Source of the DNA: Sarea resinae
Lineage: Eukaryota
Direction: 5' to 3'
Assembly (NCBI GenBank): GCA_026026165.1
Contig: JAPEUD010000005.1
Location: 62,001-126,000, forward strand
Length of the DNA stretch: 64,000 bases
Each line of letters begins with the position of its first letter. Position 1 is the stretch's first letter. The notes below the pieces were generated by a model. It worked only from the letters and a program-made list of their open reading frames with translations, did not search any database and was not told where the DNA came from. A program made the position numbers and the translations under genes. Below, piece by piece: positions 1 to 13,510 of the stretch.

Positions 1-33
1 TGTGCGGTTTTTATTTTTTTTCCTTGTGAGAAA

Positions 34-84
<51 letters not shown>
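34..84. repeat. poly-G homopolymer (~51 nt)
   Basis: Uninterrupted G run near the window start; length may be affected by sequencing or assembly. Confidence 0.9.
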
Positions 85-85
<1 letters not shown>

Positions 86-3000
86 AGAGGGGGGAAGAAA
101 CAGAAGGGAGGGGGAGCGCACTAGCACCTACCTACCTGATAAGATAAGATAAAATAAGATTCGATAAGAACAGAGGGGGCGTGGTTTGAGATGAGATGTG
201 ATGTGTGGATCGATATACGAGCGTTGCAAGGGATATAGGATATACGGATCGGATAGGATAGAGGATAGGGGTTATGATATGATATGATAAATACTCTGCT
301 ACTGCTACTGCTTTACTGCTACTACTTGTACTCCTCTTACTGCTCTTACTGCTCTCACTGCTACCGTGTTGTGTGGTTAGCTGAGAGACTCATCCGATGC
401 GTACGTACGTACGTACATAGGTAGTAGGTCGGTGTGGTTTCGATCGGCTCGGTGGGGCGTGGGTAAGATCAGATCGGATCGGATCAAATCAGATTAGAGC
501 AGATTGGATCAGATCGGGCTTCATTTGGCTTGGCCATAGGCGTAGGTGTAGGTGTAGGTGTAGGTGTAGGCGTAGGCTTGGGCGTAGGGGGTCGGCTCAG
601 CTCATTCCTGTCAGTTGCTTCGTCTCACCGCCTACGTTGGCTTACCTTACGGATATGGCCCCGTAGGAGGGAGGCGGGGGTGGTTGTGTGGTTATGGGTT
701 TTTTTTTCGGGGTTATATGTTCAATAGAGGGTTCGCTCGCTCACCGCCTGCGGCTGTCTGCGGATAGGAGGGACGGTGAAGAGATGTAGGGTCGCCGGGA
801 GGGGGGGGGGGAACCGGGGGAAGAGAAGTGGTTAGGTGGCGGTCGTGGTGGTACGGAGTAGAGTAGTGGTGGCGGGGTGGACGAATACCTACCTAATTTA
901 GGTAAGTAGGTAGGGAGGCTGCCTGTGTACGTACGACTAGGTACTCTGAGGAGATGAGTACTAGGTAGATGAGTAAGTGAGTGAGTGAGTGAGTATTCTG
1001 TATAATCCTTTCGACGTGATAAGTCGATATCAATTGCATGTCTTCCCCCCTCCCCCCTCTCTTTAGACAGGACTAGGGCGGTATCCAGGGCGTAAGGTAT
1101 TCACGTAAGTAATCTGTGGATTGGATCGGATCGGATCGGTGTCGTGATGATGCTGTTAGTGGAATTTTGGTGTCTGCCCTGGGTAGGTATCTACTCGGGA
1201 TCCATGGCTACTCTGGATGTCTAGTGTGTGATATGAGTTAGTGGCATGAGTCTGGATCGTTTACCGCCGCCCGAGCACGGATCGTGAGATCTTTGGTCTT
1301 GGTGACGGTGGTGGTGGCCCAGCGGCTTAAGCCGTCGTGCGGCCTAGGGAAGGGGAGAGGGGGGGGCCTCTTCTCAATGCGGGTAATGGAAGAGAGATAG
1401 ATATGAGAGATGGGATGACCTCCGAGGAGGAAAAGGGGAGTGAGAAGGGGTTCATTAGGGAAAATCCGCTTTGATATTGGATATGGATCTGGAGGTGGTC
1501 AGATCTACGGTGCGCACCGAGGTAGGTAGGTGCTCGGCGCGTGGCGCCTGCGCACGGAACGCGCGTTAGCCGCGTCAGTACATATGTAGGACATGTGCAG
1601 ATTCATCAATGTGTGCGGTGATAGCTGGAGGCCAGGCTGGACCGCCTGTCTGCATGTACGTCTGTTTATTTGTTTGCTTGCTTGGTGGACTCTGTGGGAG
1701 ACGTCTTTGTGTTTTGGCCTTCGTATCACTTTCGGCTGGTTGCGCGGAGCAAGGCACATTGGTAGCCCGTTTTCTGATATCCAAACTACAAGGTGTATAC
1801 TGCGTGGGCAGGCAGGCAATCGCTATCGAAGCGTCCGTGCGGATTCTTTCCGGCAAGATATCAAATCGATGTATGTATGAAGTGCCATCTTGCATCCGCC
1901 GTGTCTGTGATCGATCTGGGAAGAGGGCGTTTCTGGAGACGAGTGGGTGCATGAAGCTGTATGCGACGATGTATCCATGGGACAGTATTCTCTAGTCAGT
2001 CGAGCGTTTCAAAGCCGATACAGTGGACGTGCGCAGTCGCCTGCAGCTGTCTCTCTGGCGTGGATCACGACTAAGGACGAGCAAGGGCGAGGAGGGGCTG
2101 ACGATGGGAATGACGACGAACAGACCCCATGATGGAACCAACAGGCGAGGCCAGGCGAGGCGAGGCGAGGGGCGGAGAAGGAAAGAGGGAGGGAGGGAGG
2201 GAGGGAGGGAGGCTCCTCAGGTGATGGATGCTCTCATTCGCAAGGAGCCAGCCGAGCGCGACAAGGACCCTGCATGATGGATGGATGGATTGATGGGATG
2301 GCCGCCGCTGGAGATGGACGTTATCTAGACCGATCGAGGCAAAGTCGAGAGCCGGCCATGCACGGTCTACCAGGAATCGGCGTATGTGGTGGTGGGCAGG
2401 GTGCGCGACGCGACTGGCAGCGAAGAGCCAAGGCTGGTCTGTATGCACCGAGTTACGGATACGGATGAGATGGACCATGCATGCATGTACTCCGGAGCCT
2501 TCGTATCAAGCTCCGTGCTAACCTCAGCTGTGGGAGATGTATGGGATTACGACGGATGCCCGAGTTTGTCAGGTCGGTAGCCAGGTAGCGTACGGATCTG
2601 GCAGATGGTTATTGCGGCAATGAAGAAAGAAGCAGGTCATCCACCATCATCGCGCAGCAGGTGATGTTGACTTTGGCGGTGTGATTCGCGGGTCGGAAGG
2701 GAAGGGCAGGGAGGGAGGGAAGAAGGCTGGGGGGAGAGAGGATCTGCATTTCTAGTAGAGATGGAGCGCAAGGGTCCTTTACTACGTAGTAGAGTAGAAA
2801 GGAGGGGTGGCTAGCTGATAAGATATAGATAATGAACGGCAATGGTGGTGACGGCGACGGTGACGGTGGTGGTGGTGGGGGGTGGACTGTGAACTGTGGA
2901 CGGTGGACGGTGGACGGTGGGTGGAGCGGAGTGCAAGTGTGCAATCGTGCAGCAGTAGCAGCAGCCTCGTGCAGCCGTGCGGTCGTGCAGCGCAGCTCAG

Positions 3001-4731
3001 GTAGTTTGATCGTACTACTATTTGATGCAAGTCGGCACACTGTTTGTGGCATTCTGATGCTTCGCTTTGCGCTTCTGCAGCACGAGCAGCAGCCCCGGGG
3101 CGCTCTGTTTTCTTTTTCGACTACTGTACTCCGTATCGGTGTCACATTTCTGCGCCGTTGATCGTGCACGTCCAATGTGAGCGAGCTTCGGATTGCGGAG
3201 AGAGATGTTCGGTCCAGCAACAGCAGAGGAAACCGCAATGGTGGCCGAGCCTCAGACGAAGGATTGCCATTGAGAGCGGTATGGATTGATGGATGGATGG
3301 ATATCAGATCAGCTCAGCTCAGCTCAGCTCAGCTCACCCATATGGTCGTGGGTAGTCCCCCGCCACGGTTGATGTCTTTTCCTCCTAGCAGGACTCGAGT
3401 ACCTCCGATTATCTCTCTCCATCCTCATCTCCACCGCAAAGGGCGTCTAAGGGATTTAGTCGGCCCTGCTAGTCGTGGTGGAGGCCGGGTGGGAGTACCG
3501 GTACTTCCGCCGCGTAGCCAAGTGCGGTGCAGGCACGAGGTCGCCGCCAGTACCCCCGCTAGGGAGGGCCCTGCTTCTTCTCTTCTCGTGCTCCTCTCGT
3601 CTTGGCGCTCTCACCCCACCGAGCGGCCAATCAGACGTGCACTTTGCCCACTCGCAATCTCTCGCTTCTAGCTGGCGCTCTCGGGCCCCTCTGGAGTCCG
3701 TTTTGGATACTTGCACTTCAAGACTCGACGGCCGTTTGCACGCAACTTGGCGGCCACCAGCAGGTATAGTTTCGTAGATATAGCTTTAGTCGTGATAGCA
3801 GACGATCTGCCTGTTGGACGTCCCTCATCGACACGACTAGGAGCATAGTAGACAGACTATCCCGCCCCGTCGTCGAGGTAAAGTCGTGACTCCATCCACT
3901 CCAATATCGGCCTGAAACATCACACCTCGTGCCTGATCACGACTTTGGTCCCAGCTGCTGCCTCCTTCTGGTGCGGTGCACACCACCTGCTTTTTGCTCC
4001 TCCTCATCTTCCTCCTCGTCCTCCTCCTTGCACGACCCTTCTCCAACGTCGTTTACTTCTCCGGTGGGCGGTGTTTTTTGCTTGCGTCCCCTCGTCGCCG
4101 CGCCGTCTGGCTTGCTGTCTGTCTCCATCCACCCACGCCCTGAGACGGCCCAGGAAGCGACTTCAGGCGGGACAGTGCTACGGTTTAGGCATTTTCCGAG
4201 CCGCAATACTGCTGCAGCGTACCCCGGCTCTCAGCATCCTCCGGCGGCGGTCTGCCCAGGATTGGTCGAGAGGAGCGCGTCGGCTTCTTGAGGATATCGG
4301 ACAGCACAAAAGCTTTTCTCTCGTCAAAATTACACATTGTCTCATCCCGTGGGGAGTCGCGCTGCTATCAGGTATGGCCTTTTTCTTCATTTGAGTGCGT
4401 GCCTCTATCATTTCGTTCTTCATCCTTCACAGCTTGCCTCGCAGCTCAAGACGAGTTGGTTGTTAGGCTCATTCAGCACTATAACTGCCTCGACTGGGAT
4501 CTCCTCAGCTTGTCCTATATCTTCCCACTTCGCATGCTAATACATGTTGAACGTGAGCAGCGAGGCGACTGATTCGAAACATAATTTGCGTCATCAGCTT
4601 ATGAGTCAAATGAGCTAGGCGACAGTCGGTGGTTCTCGATTCGACCACATCCTCTTCCCTTTTGTCTGCTCGATACTCTCTCCGGAGACACCACAAAAAG
4701 GATCGTGCTCTATGTGTTAATACCAAGCATC

Positions 4732-7353
4732 ATGGATACAGAGGATGGGCAGGATTTCATCAAGGTAGGACTCTCATGGGGCTTTTCTTGGGGGTGATCT
4801 TGGCATCGGCAACAAGGCGGAATCTTGGACTTTTACTAACTCGCGGGACGATTATCTTAGAATCTTGCGTATTTCGTTCGGACGCACGAAAAGGCTCTTG
4901 CGAACGCTCTCCAACTTCGAAACAAAGCCCCTAAAAATGGCCAATGTTCCAGCACATCGTCCAAAGATGGACCGACGGCCATATCACCCACTGCTGCGAG
5001 TCCATACGCTAGCTCACAACATCAGACATCCACCTCCAGTGCCCTCGCAGCAGCATTATCCTTTCCCGGATTGAGCTTTTCCCATAATATCAAACCCGCA
5101 AAACTTTCACTGACACCACATCACCTCTTCTACCTTCTGTCTCGTTTCGAAGAGCTTGGTATAATTGTTGGGCCAATGAACGTGAGGCTAGAAAACATAC
5201 ATACAGATGTTTCTCCGGCAAACTACGTCTCGTTCCTCAGTCAGTCTCAGAGGTCCAAGGGCAGAAATTCGGATCGAGATTCCATCCATTCCATCTCCAG
5301 CGTGCGGAGCGTCATGTCGGGCATGTCGTCATTATGGTCGAGCTTCAATCTTGGATCATCCAACTCTGCCGCGAAAACAGAAAAGGCCAAAGCGGCAATC
5401 GAGGCCGATCTCAAGTATCTATATTCAGCTTTCACCAAGATCCCGTGCTTGCGGCTCTCACCCGATCGAAAAGCCCGGCTCATTGCAGGCTACGAGGAAT
5501 TCCCCTTCGACTCGGCTGTGCCCCTGATCGCTTTCAAAAACATCAGCGCTTTGGAAATTACCGATGTGGATTTTCGCCAATTCTTCGGTTGGGACCGTCT
5601 CGCAGAGCAGCTGCGAAGTCTTTCGGTTAAACGGGGTGGTGTTGAAGATCCGGCAGATCTCTTGATCAATGTCGTGCTGGACGACATTGACAAGCGGAGA
5701 AGGCGTTCGTCGAAGGTACACGTATCACCTGTCATTGCTTGGGCGACTCCGAGTCCGACACGGCAACCAACACAGATGAGCCGGTCCATTTCCGTTCCAG
5801 GAACGCCCCAGAGCGGCGATCGCAATTCCCAGGCGACTACTCCTACCGCCATTCCCATGATCCGGGCGGGCTCCGAAGGCTCAAGGATAGGATCTCGTAC
5901 CCGACCAAGAAGCGCATCTCCATCTCGTCCAGGAAGTTCCAGACAAGGATCATCCCATGGTAAAACCAAAGACTCTGCAAACAGGTCAAAGCGCTCAGGG
6001 TCAGCAAGTTCTGCCTCGAGCAGTCGATCAAGTAAACCCCATCGCAGTGGTAGTGGCTCTAATCTTAAGGCTATGACTTCACTCCCTGCTTCTAAATGGA
6101 GGTTCTTAAAGCACCTCAGTTTGGCCGATAACTCTCTCACCTATATGACAGCCTCCAGTCTCAGTCCTCTTTCTGATACGCTGCATTCTCTCGACCTGTC
6201 ATCCAACCTGTTCACGGAAATTCCCGATAGCTTGGCCATTCTGGTCTATTTGAGAGCGCTCAATCTCTCACACTGCATGATTGGATCTCTCCACTCCCTC
6301 TCAAGGAACCCTATCCCGGCCATCGCGGCCCTGAATCTTCGAGCTAATCGCTTGAATTCAATTGCCGGCATTGAGAGATTGCCGTCTTTGGAGCGGCTTG
6401 ATATTCGAGACAATAAACTCACCGATCCAACTGAATTGGCCAGGCTGACAAGTGTTCCGGAGATGCGTGAAATATGGGTTGCGGGCAACCCGTTCACCAA
6501 AACGCACAAGAATTACCGTGTTACCATCTTCAACATATTTCGCAGATCCCCGGGCTACACCGAAGATGTCATAATTGATGCTTATGGACCGACATATAGC
6601 GAACGGAGGCAGTTGGTTGATCGGGTGGCTGAACCGGAAAACGTCCCCGTCGTTAGGCCACCTCCCCAGGATCAAGATACTAGTCCACAGATCGATGCTT
6701 CCAAGCCCGAAATAAAATCCTCTATCGCTGAAGCTCCCGTGAAGCAGTCAAAAAAGGAGAGACCAGTCGCAAAGACTACAAAAAGTGATATTACAGGAGG
6801 GTCTACTAGACGCCGAAAAGGTCCGAAGAGGAGGATAGTCAACCTGGCGCAGAACGATAGTGCTTTGGATCCGCCGGGGGAGTCAGAGGCGGTCATCAAG
6901 GATGGCTCTGTTCGAACAAGCGACGCCAGCAATATCTCACCTGTCACTCCTCGCCCATCGCAACAGCGGAACCCTACTTCTCCTTCACCATTGCCTCAAC
7001 ATTTAGAAGAGGATGATCAGATAGGCCTTGGTATCACCAAGTATGCAAGCCCGGCTGATCTAGGTGCCAAAACTTCGACTCCTGTCAGATCCATAGCACC
7101 CAAGGAGACACCGGATTGGAATCTCAGTGGGGAAATCTACAAACAAAAGATCGAGGCGTTGAGAACCGAGGTTGGCAGTGGCTGGTTGAGCGTACTCAGC
7201 GAAGAGAGTTGGGATAGCCCGCCGCCAAACGCGCGGCCAACCAATTACGCCAACCGAGATTTTAGCCCCGCAAGTGTGGTTAGGCCTAGTCCAACTACAG
7301 CTCATTCCGCTGGCAGTCAACCCATTGTGTCGGGCAGTCGCACGTTGGGGTAA
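4732..7353 (+). CDS. Conserved fungal leucine-rich repeat protein (2 exons: 4732-4764, 4861-7353)
   Basis: ATG at 4732 gives MDTEDGQDFIK, GTAGGA donor at 4765, CTAAC branch, TAG acceptor at 4860. Exon 2 (NLAYFVRTHEKALANALQL...) is in frame with ORF 5071-7353, which has LRR motifs (LKHLSLADNSL, LHSLDLSSNLF, LERLDIRDNKL, VAGNPF cap). Confidence 0.9.
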
Positions 7354-8360
7354 AGGACTTTGTTGATTGAGGCACTTGGAAGTATCTTCGAAGATGCCAT
7401 GCGGGGCACCTGCGCAGTGAACGGTGGTCCATCCCATCGTTCACGATGACATTACGAGAAACGACGGCTGTGTTTATTTTTTTTTTCTTCATACCAAATG
7501 TGGGAATGGATGGCGTTGTAAAGGGTCGTTCTTTCTATTATGATGCGATTGCTTTCCTCGCCTTCTTCTCCTTCATACGATTGCATGTGCATGTATATTT
7601 CTGTCTTTTCTCTCTTTGTGGCGTAGTCGTCGCCTGTGGATTGATTGTACAATCGAGCGCCCCGGATGTGGCCGTAGTAGAGAAGGAGGAGGACGGCATC
7701 TGTTTGTGGCATTGTGAGCAGTTTCGATCGAAGGATCTTGTAACATTGGTGGATATTGTCGTGGCTGTGATACTGCATGATACTCGGCGTTTTCAGATGG
7801 CATCTGGCTCGGCTTTTTCTCTTCATGCGCTCTTCTCCCATCGGTTGTTTGCTTCCTGAGACCGCCGTGCGCTTGCACGGTTTGGTCCCTTTCAGCCTCT
7901 TCAGATAGAGAATATTTCCGAATCCAGGATAGAATCTGGTGTCTCCGTCATTCCGGCTTACGTAGTGAGCACCCGGTTGAACAAGACTTTCAAGTGAGAA
8001 ATCGTGCTGGTGTAAGAGAACCATCGAACTCGGATGCTCTTGATTTAGCTCTTACGTGCCTCATTGGCAAGTCGACTGGCTGTTTTCTGTTCTCGTCGTC
8101 ATCCTCTTGTCCGTAGGGTATGCACTGGCGGTACCTGACTAAGATGGGAGTCATGGATGCATGGTACCTCGACAAGCTCCAATGTCATCGAAGCCTCATG
8201 GCGGGCGTGGCTTCCACTCAACGTCGGTGGCGGATGCCGTGTCTAGACTCTACAGGTATCGGAGTGCAAGTACTCTGTAGGATTTCTGTCTCTCTCTCTC
8301 TCTCTCTCCCCCTTTGGCTTGACCCTTGACCTCCAGATCGATCCTCGACCGATCAATTGA

Positions 8361-8425
8361 GAGACGTGAGACGTGAGACGTGAGACGTGAGACATAAGAC
8401 TTGAGACTTGAGACTTGAGACTTGA
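8361..8425. repeat. Heptamer tandem repeat (GAGACGT / GAGACTT)n
   Basis: About 9 consecutive 7-mers, switching from GAGACGT to GAGACTT. Confidence 0.85.
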
Positions 8426-10349
8426 CACTCGGGTACCCCTGTCCGATCAGCGCTTGTCTGGCCGGAAAGTTTCCTAGGCCCGGCGCATGGATGCAGTGTC
8501 AGGGCGGGAAGAAGGGGCTAGAGAAGACGAATGGGTTCACGTGCGTGCGATCGAGAGTGCATTGATGGATCGGATCACATTGGGGGGTCGAGGGGGGGCC
8601 TCAATTGCAATGTCGATCATCAACAATCTGTCTGCATGGTCCTTCAAGTGACTGGATTACTGAAGTACATGGACGACCAATTCGATGGATTCGATGGATG
8701 CCACATGTGGCTGAGATGAAGGGGTGGAGAAGTACTCCGGAGTAGAGTACGGAGTACGGAGTACGGAAGAGGAAGAGGAAGAGGAAGAGGGAGAGTACTT
8801 GTCCTGATATTCTAGAAGGTCGACCTGGGCGTGGATGGCGTGGAGCGGAGTGGAGTGGAGGTGAGTCGCTGACAGCTGATGGCGTCGAGTACGATGGGTA
8901 CAGACGAGGTACCCGGTACCAAGTGACATGCCCAGAGCCTGAAGTGCTGGATATGGATGGTGAGTACTATGGTACTAGATCAAGCATCAGACATCTCGAC
9001 TCGACCGTACTTGGTTGGTACCCTCCTCATACTTGGCTGCATGTACTCGTACTCGTGGGGTACTTGCAGCACGAATCCCTCCCAGTGTCCAGCCTGTGCA
9101 CGCACCCTCCTCGTTCTCCCTCGTTCTCTCTGCCTCTCCCTCTGCCTCTCCCTCTCCCTCTTTGACGACCTTCCCTCGGTACCTGCTGTCGGGACTGCCA
9201 CTCGTACTGGCTACTTGTACCTACCTACATAGTACTCCTTCGACTGACTACCTTACCTTCCTACCTACCTACCTTACATTACCTTACCTTTACTGCTGCC
9301 ACTACTACTACCACTCGCTCACTCACTCACTCACTTCTTACTCTCTTCCCTCACTACTACTCCGTACTCACCCTCCATCATCCCCCAACAACATACGGCG
9401 TACAGCGTACAGCGTACAGTACCAAGTCGAAGTTGCATCTTGGCAAATCATCATCTCGAATATCTTTCCCACCGCCCTCAAACAATACTTCCACCACCAC
9501 CACCATCCACCCCTCCCCGCATCTCCCACGATTCGCATCTTCTTCTTCCTCCTCTTCATCTTCACCGTACAATACTCGTAAGATTTGTTCTCCCATCCAT
9601 CCATCCATCCATCCATCCATCCATCCATTTTATCCCTCTTCCACCGATTGTCTCCTCTCTCTCGCCAAACCCCGTCCGTCTTCCCACTTCCTCTTCCGAG
9701 CAATCCCCCAAAGTCTCTCTTAGCGGTGAAAAGTGAACCACGACCTCGCCCCGACGTTCCGCTTGTCTCCTGCATCCATATCTCCCTTCGGTCTCGCCCG
9801 ATAACAAATATCATCAGCATCGCATCAGACTCTCATCATCGAGCACTCTTTCCTCGGCCGGTCATTTAATTAATTGCGACGCTTTTCGCCCTTCACTTCT
9901 CGGTCGCTCGCTTTCGACGGCACTTCTCGAAAAAAGCGCGTTGGGCTGATTCCGCTGCGCTGCCGCCTATTCGATTCCGGAGGCGCTCTTCACGACCTCT
10001 TCTCCATCACTCCTTTCCCCCACGCGGCATCTCTACTGTCGTCTGGCAGTGAGGCCCGTGATCGTGAGCCTGAACCGGCCACTTTTGAATTTTCAAGTGT
10101 ACGTCGTCGTCCCGGTCGCTGTCCTCCTCAATCGCCTCCTCGGTCGACTTGGTGCTGTGGCCCCACTCGGTCACAGAAACGAAACTCTCAACTTTTTTCC
10201 CTGACAACGCGTTTTAGTGGGAGATTACCATCATCGATCGCGGATAACGTCGAAACACATTCACCCGTAGAGATCCTTCGCGAGGTGAACGCGGCCCTTG
10301 GCTCTCCCATCATAGCCGCGAGCTTCGTCACGCAACACGAAAGCAAACA

Positions 10350-11537
10350 ATGGCGGATCAGAATGAGGTCGATCTCGACTCCATCATCGATCGACTGCTC
10401 GAAGTGAGGGGAAGTCGACCGGGAAAGCAGGTGCAACTCCTCGAGACGGAGATTCGCTACCTTTGCACCAAGGCACGGGAAATTTTCATCTCTCAGCCCA
10501 TACTACTAGAGTTGGAGGCGCCGATCAAGGTAACCTCACCGAGCTCGTCCGCGCCCCTCTTCTGCTAAATAGCTCTCGTCAGATATGCGGTGATATCCAC
10601 GGACAATATTACGATCTTCTTCGCTTGTTCGAGTACGGCGGATTCCCACCCGAAGCCAATTACCTCTTCCTCGGTGATTACGTCGACAGAGGCAAGCAAT
10701 CCCTCGAGACCATCTGCCTCCTGCTCGCCTACAAGATCAAATACCCCGAAAACTTCTTCGTCCTCCGTGGCAACCACGAGTGCGCTTCGATCAACCGCAT
10801 CTACGGATTTTACGACGAGTGCAAGAGACGATACAATATCAAGCTCTGGAAAACGTTCACCGATTGCTTCAACTGCCTGCCAATTGCCGCCATCATCGAT
10901 GAGAAGATCTTCACCATGCACGGTGGTCTGAGTCCGGATTTGAACTCGATGGAGCAGATTCGACGTGTCATGCGCCCCACCGATGTAAGTGCCCTTTTGG
11001 TTTCCCCTGGCTATATCTTCCTGGACTTGTCAGACCTCCCCTCTGCGGGGGGGAGGATCAATGGGTCGACCTGCTGACCACTCTAGATCCCCGACTGTGG
11101 TCTGCTTTGCGATTTGCTCTGGTCGGATCCTGACAAGGACATCACGGGCTGGAGCGAAAACGATCGAGGTGTCTCCTTCACGTTCGGCCCGGATGTCGTG
11201 TCTCGATTCCTCCAGAAGCACGACATGGACCTCATCTGCCGCGCGCATCAAGTCGTCGAGGACGGATACGAATTCTTTTCCAAGAGGCAATTGGTCACAC
11301 TCTTCAGCGCACCCAACTACTGCGGTGAATTCGACAATGCGGGGGCAATGATGAGTGTCGACGAGAGCTTATTGTGTTCTTTCCAGGTAAGCTCTTGTCG
11401 GTCGATCCTTTCAATCGGATAGGGCTGATGAAAACCTTTAGATATTGAAACCAGCCGAGAAGAAACAAAAGTACGTGTATGGTGGCATGGGTGCAGGCCG
11501 ACCCGTCACTCCTCCAAGGAAGCAGAAGAAAAAGTAA
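10350..11537 (+). CDS. glc7: Serine/threonine protein phosphatase PP1 catalytic subunit (4 exons)
   Basis: [19 protein letters not shown] start; PPP motifs [31 protein letters not shown]-terminus ILKPAEKK...[11 protein letters not shown] ending at 11537. Ortholog of A. nidulans bimG. Confidence 0.98.
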
Positions 11538-13510
11538 ACACATACGAACTTCCCGTGTGCAGCAGGTTCGGACGAAGATAGCCCACGCGAGAAATCGTCT
11601 CACCTATCTTCCCTACTACAACTCTTCGATTTCCGGACGTCATGTCGGCCAGCTTACCACGACCTTTTTTTCTTACCGCCCTGGCGAAGGCCGTCCGCGA
11701 ATTGCATTTGGAGGGAGAGGTGTAGTTTTATGTCGGCATGTCGGCCAGGGAGGAGCGAGAAGGACTGGGGGAAAGAGGGGCAGCGGGCAGCGGGTAGCGG
11801 GTAACGGGATAGCTCCGAGCGTTGTTTTTGTTGTCGTTGTTGACGTCGTGGTCGTTTGTGTGTGTGTGTCTGAAATGAAATACATCTGTCTTCTTACCTC
11901 GTGAGCAGCAGCAACAGTGGTCAGCAGTGTTGAGCGGTGGTCCGCAGTCGTCTGCCGTGGTTAGCAGTGCCCCGGACCCCGGGTGAGACTTTGAGGAAGC
12001 GCAAGCAGGCTATCGGAAGATGATACAACCGCGGGCCTTTCGAGACGAGACGAGAGAGACGGTCTTTTCTCTTCTTGTTGTCGTCTTCTTCTCTTTTTGT
12101 TGTTTTGTTTTGTTTTGTTTTCGTTCGATCTGTATCTGTATCTGGCAGCAGTGACAGTGTTAGCTGTAGCATCAGCAGCAGTATCAGCAATAGCAGCAGT
12201 AGCATCGGCAGCAGCAGCAGCCGTAGCAGCAATAGCAGGGCCGCGGCTTTCCATCAATTATTAACATTATCATCCTCATCAACATAATCACCAAGGTAGG
12301 TAGGTAGGTAGGACCAGAATCGAATCGAACAGAAAGAAAAGCCAAAGTGAAAGTGAAATTGTCATCTTGATTTTCAGGTATATTTTGATTTTACTAGCTG
12401 CGATTTCTCTACCTAAGGTACCTCTTACTGTAAGGTAGGTATGGATGCTACGTAGGTAAGGTAAGGTAAGGTAAGGTAAGGTAAGGTGGGTAGCTAGACT
12501 ACTAGGTAGGTATCGTGGGTAGTAAGGAAGGTAAGTAAGTAAGTTTGCAGGGCTAGGGCTTAGGAAAGGAAAAGTGGGAATTCTGCTCGTTTTCATACTT
12601 GTTTTCTTCTTGTTCTTGGAAGTTCTTTGGATATTCTTCTCGACCTATGAAGGCCTTACTTGCGTCTTTTCTTTCTTTCTTTTTTTTTTTCCCCCTTTCT
12701 TTCTTTCTTTCCTTCTCTTTGTGTTTTTCTTCTTCTCTTTTACTCTCTTAGAGAGCGCTTTCTCTGTTCTTCTTGATTCTTTCTACCTCTGACATCTCTC
12801 TTCTTCCCTCTTCTCTAGATTAAATGTTCTTAGCAGTAAAGAAAAGAGAAAGGGGGGAAGAGAAGCAAAGATTTAGGTTTAGCTAGGTTAGAAAGGAGAG
12901 GGAGAGAGAGAGAAAGGGAGAGAGAGCAAGTCTCTATATAATATTAAGATAGTACAGACACTAGGAGTTTAGTTACACCTACTAATTATCCTAACGTTTA
13001 CGTTTCCCCTTTTGTCATGGATACAAAGAACTATATAGAGCGCGAGAGAGCGTGTTTTTATAGAGAGAAAGAGAGAGAGAGAGATTAAGCACCTAGCACA
13101 TCAGCACCGAAAGTAGGAGAAACGTTCTCGATTTAGAGGTCTAAGTTGTCTGAAAGCGAATGTGGTTTTTGCCGCTGCTAACTACTACTACTACTACTAA
13201 TAACAACTCGAGAAAAGACTGGTTGGTGAGAGAATGAAGGTAGGGCCTGTTACAAGGGCGAAAAGAAAAAGAAAACAGAAAGAGAGGGAGAGAGAGAGAG
13301 ACTTTGAAAAGTAGTTGGATGGATCAGCTTGCTCCCTTTCTCTTCCCCCCCCTCCTCTCTCCCCTCTCCCTCTCTCTCTCTGTGTCTCGTCAATTGCCAC
13401 CGATTTGTTGAAAATCGTGCAATCCAAAGTCCCCCTGCCTGTCTGCCTCTCGGTTCGGTTCCCTGGTGTCTGTCGTCTCGTCACCTCGCTGTCCAGGCAA
13501 TATCTGGCGA

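Noticed and set aside
7452..8175. ORFs 7452-8024 and 7990-8175 as a gene
   Set aside because: They overlap the LRR gene 3' region, show no recognisable domain and give no coherent exon structure.
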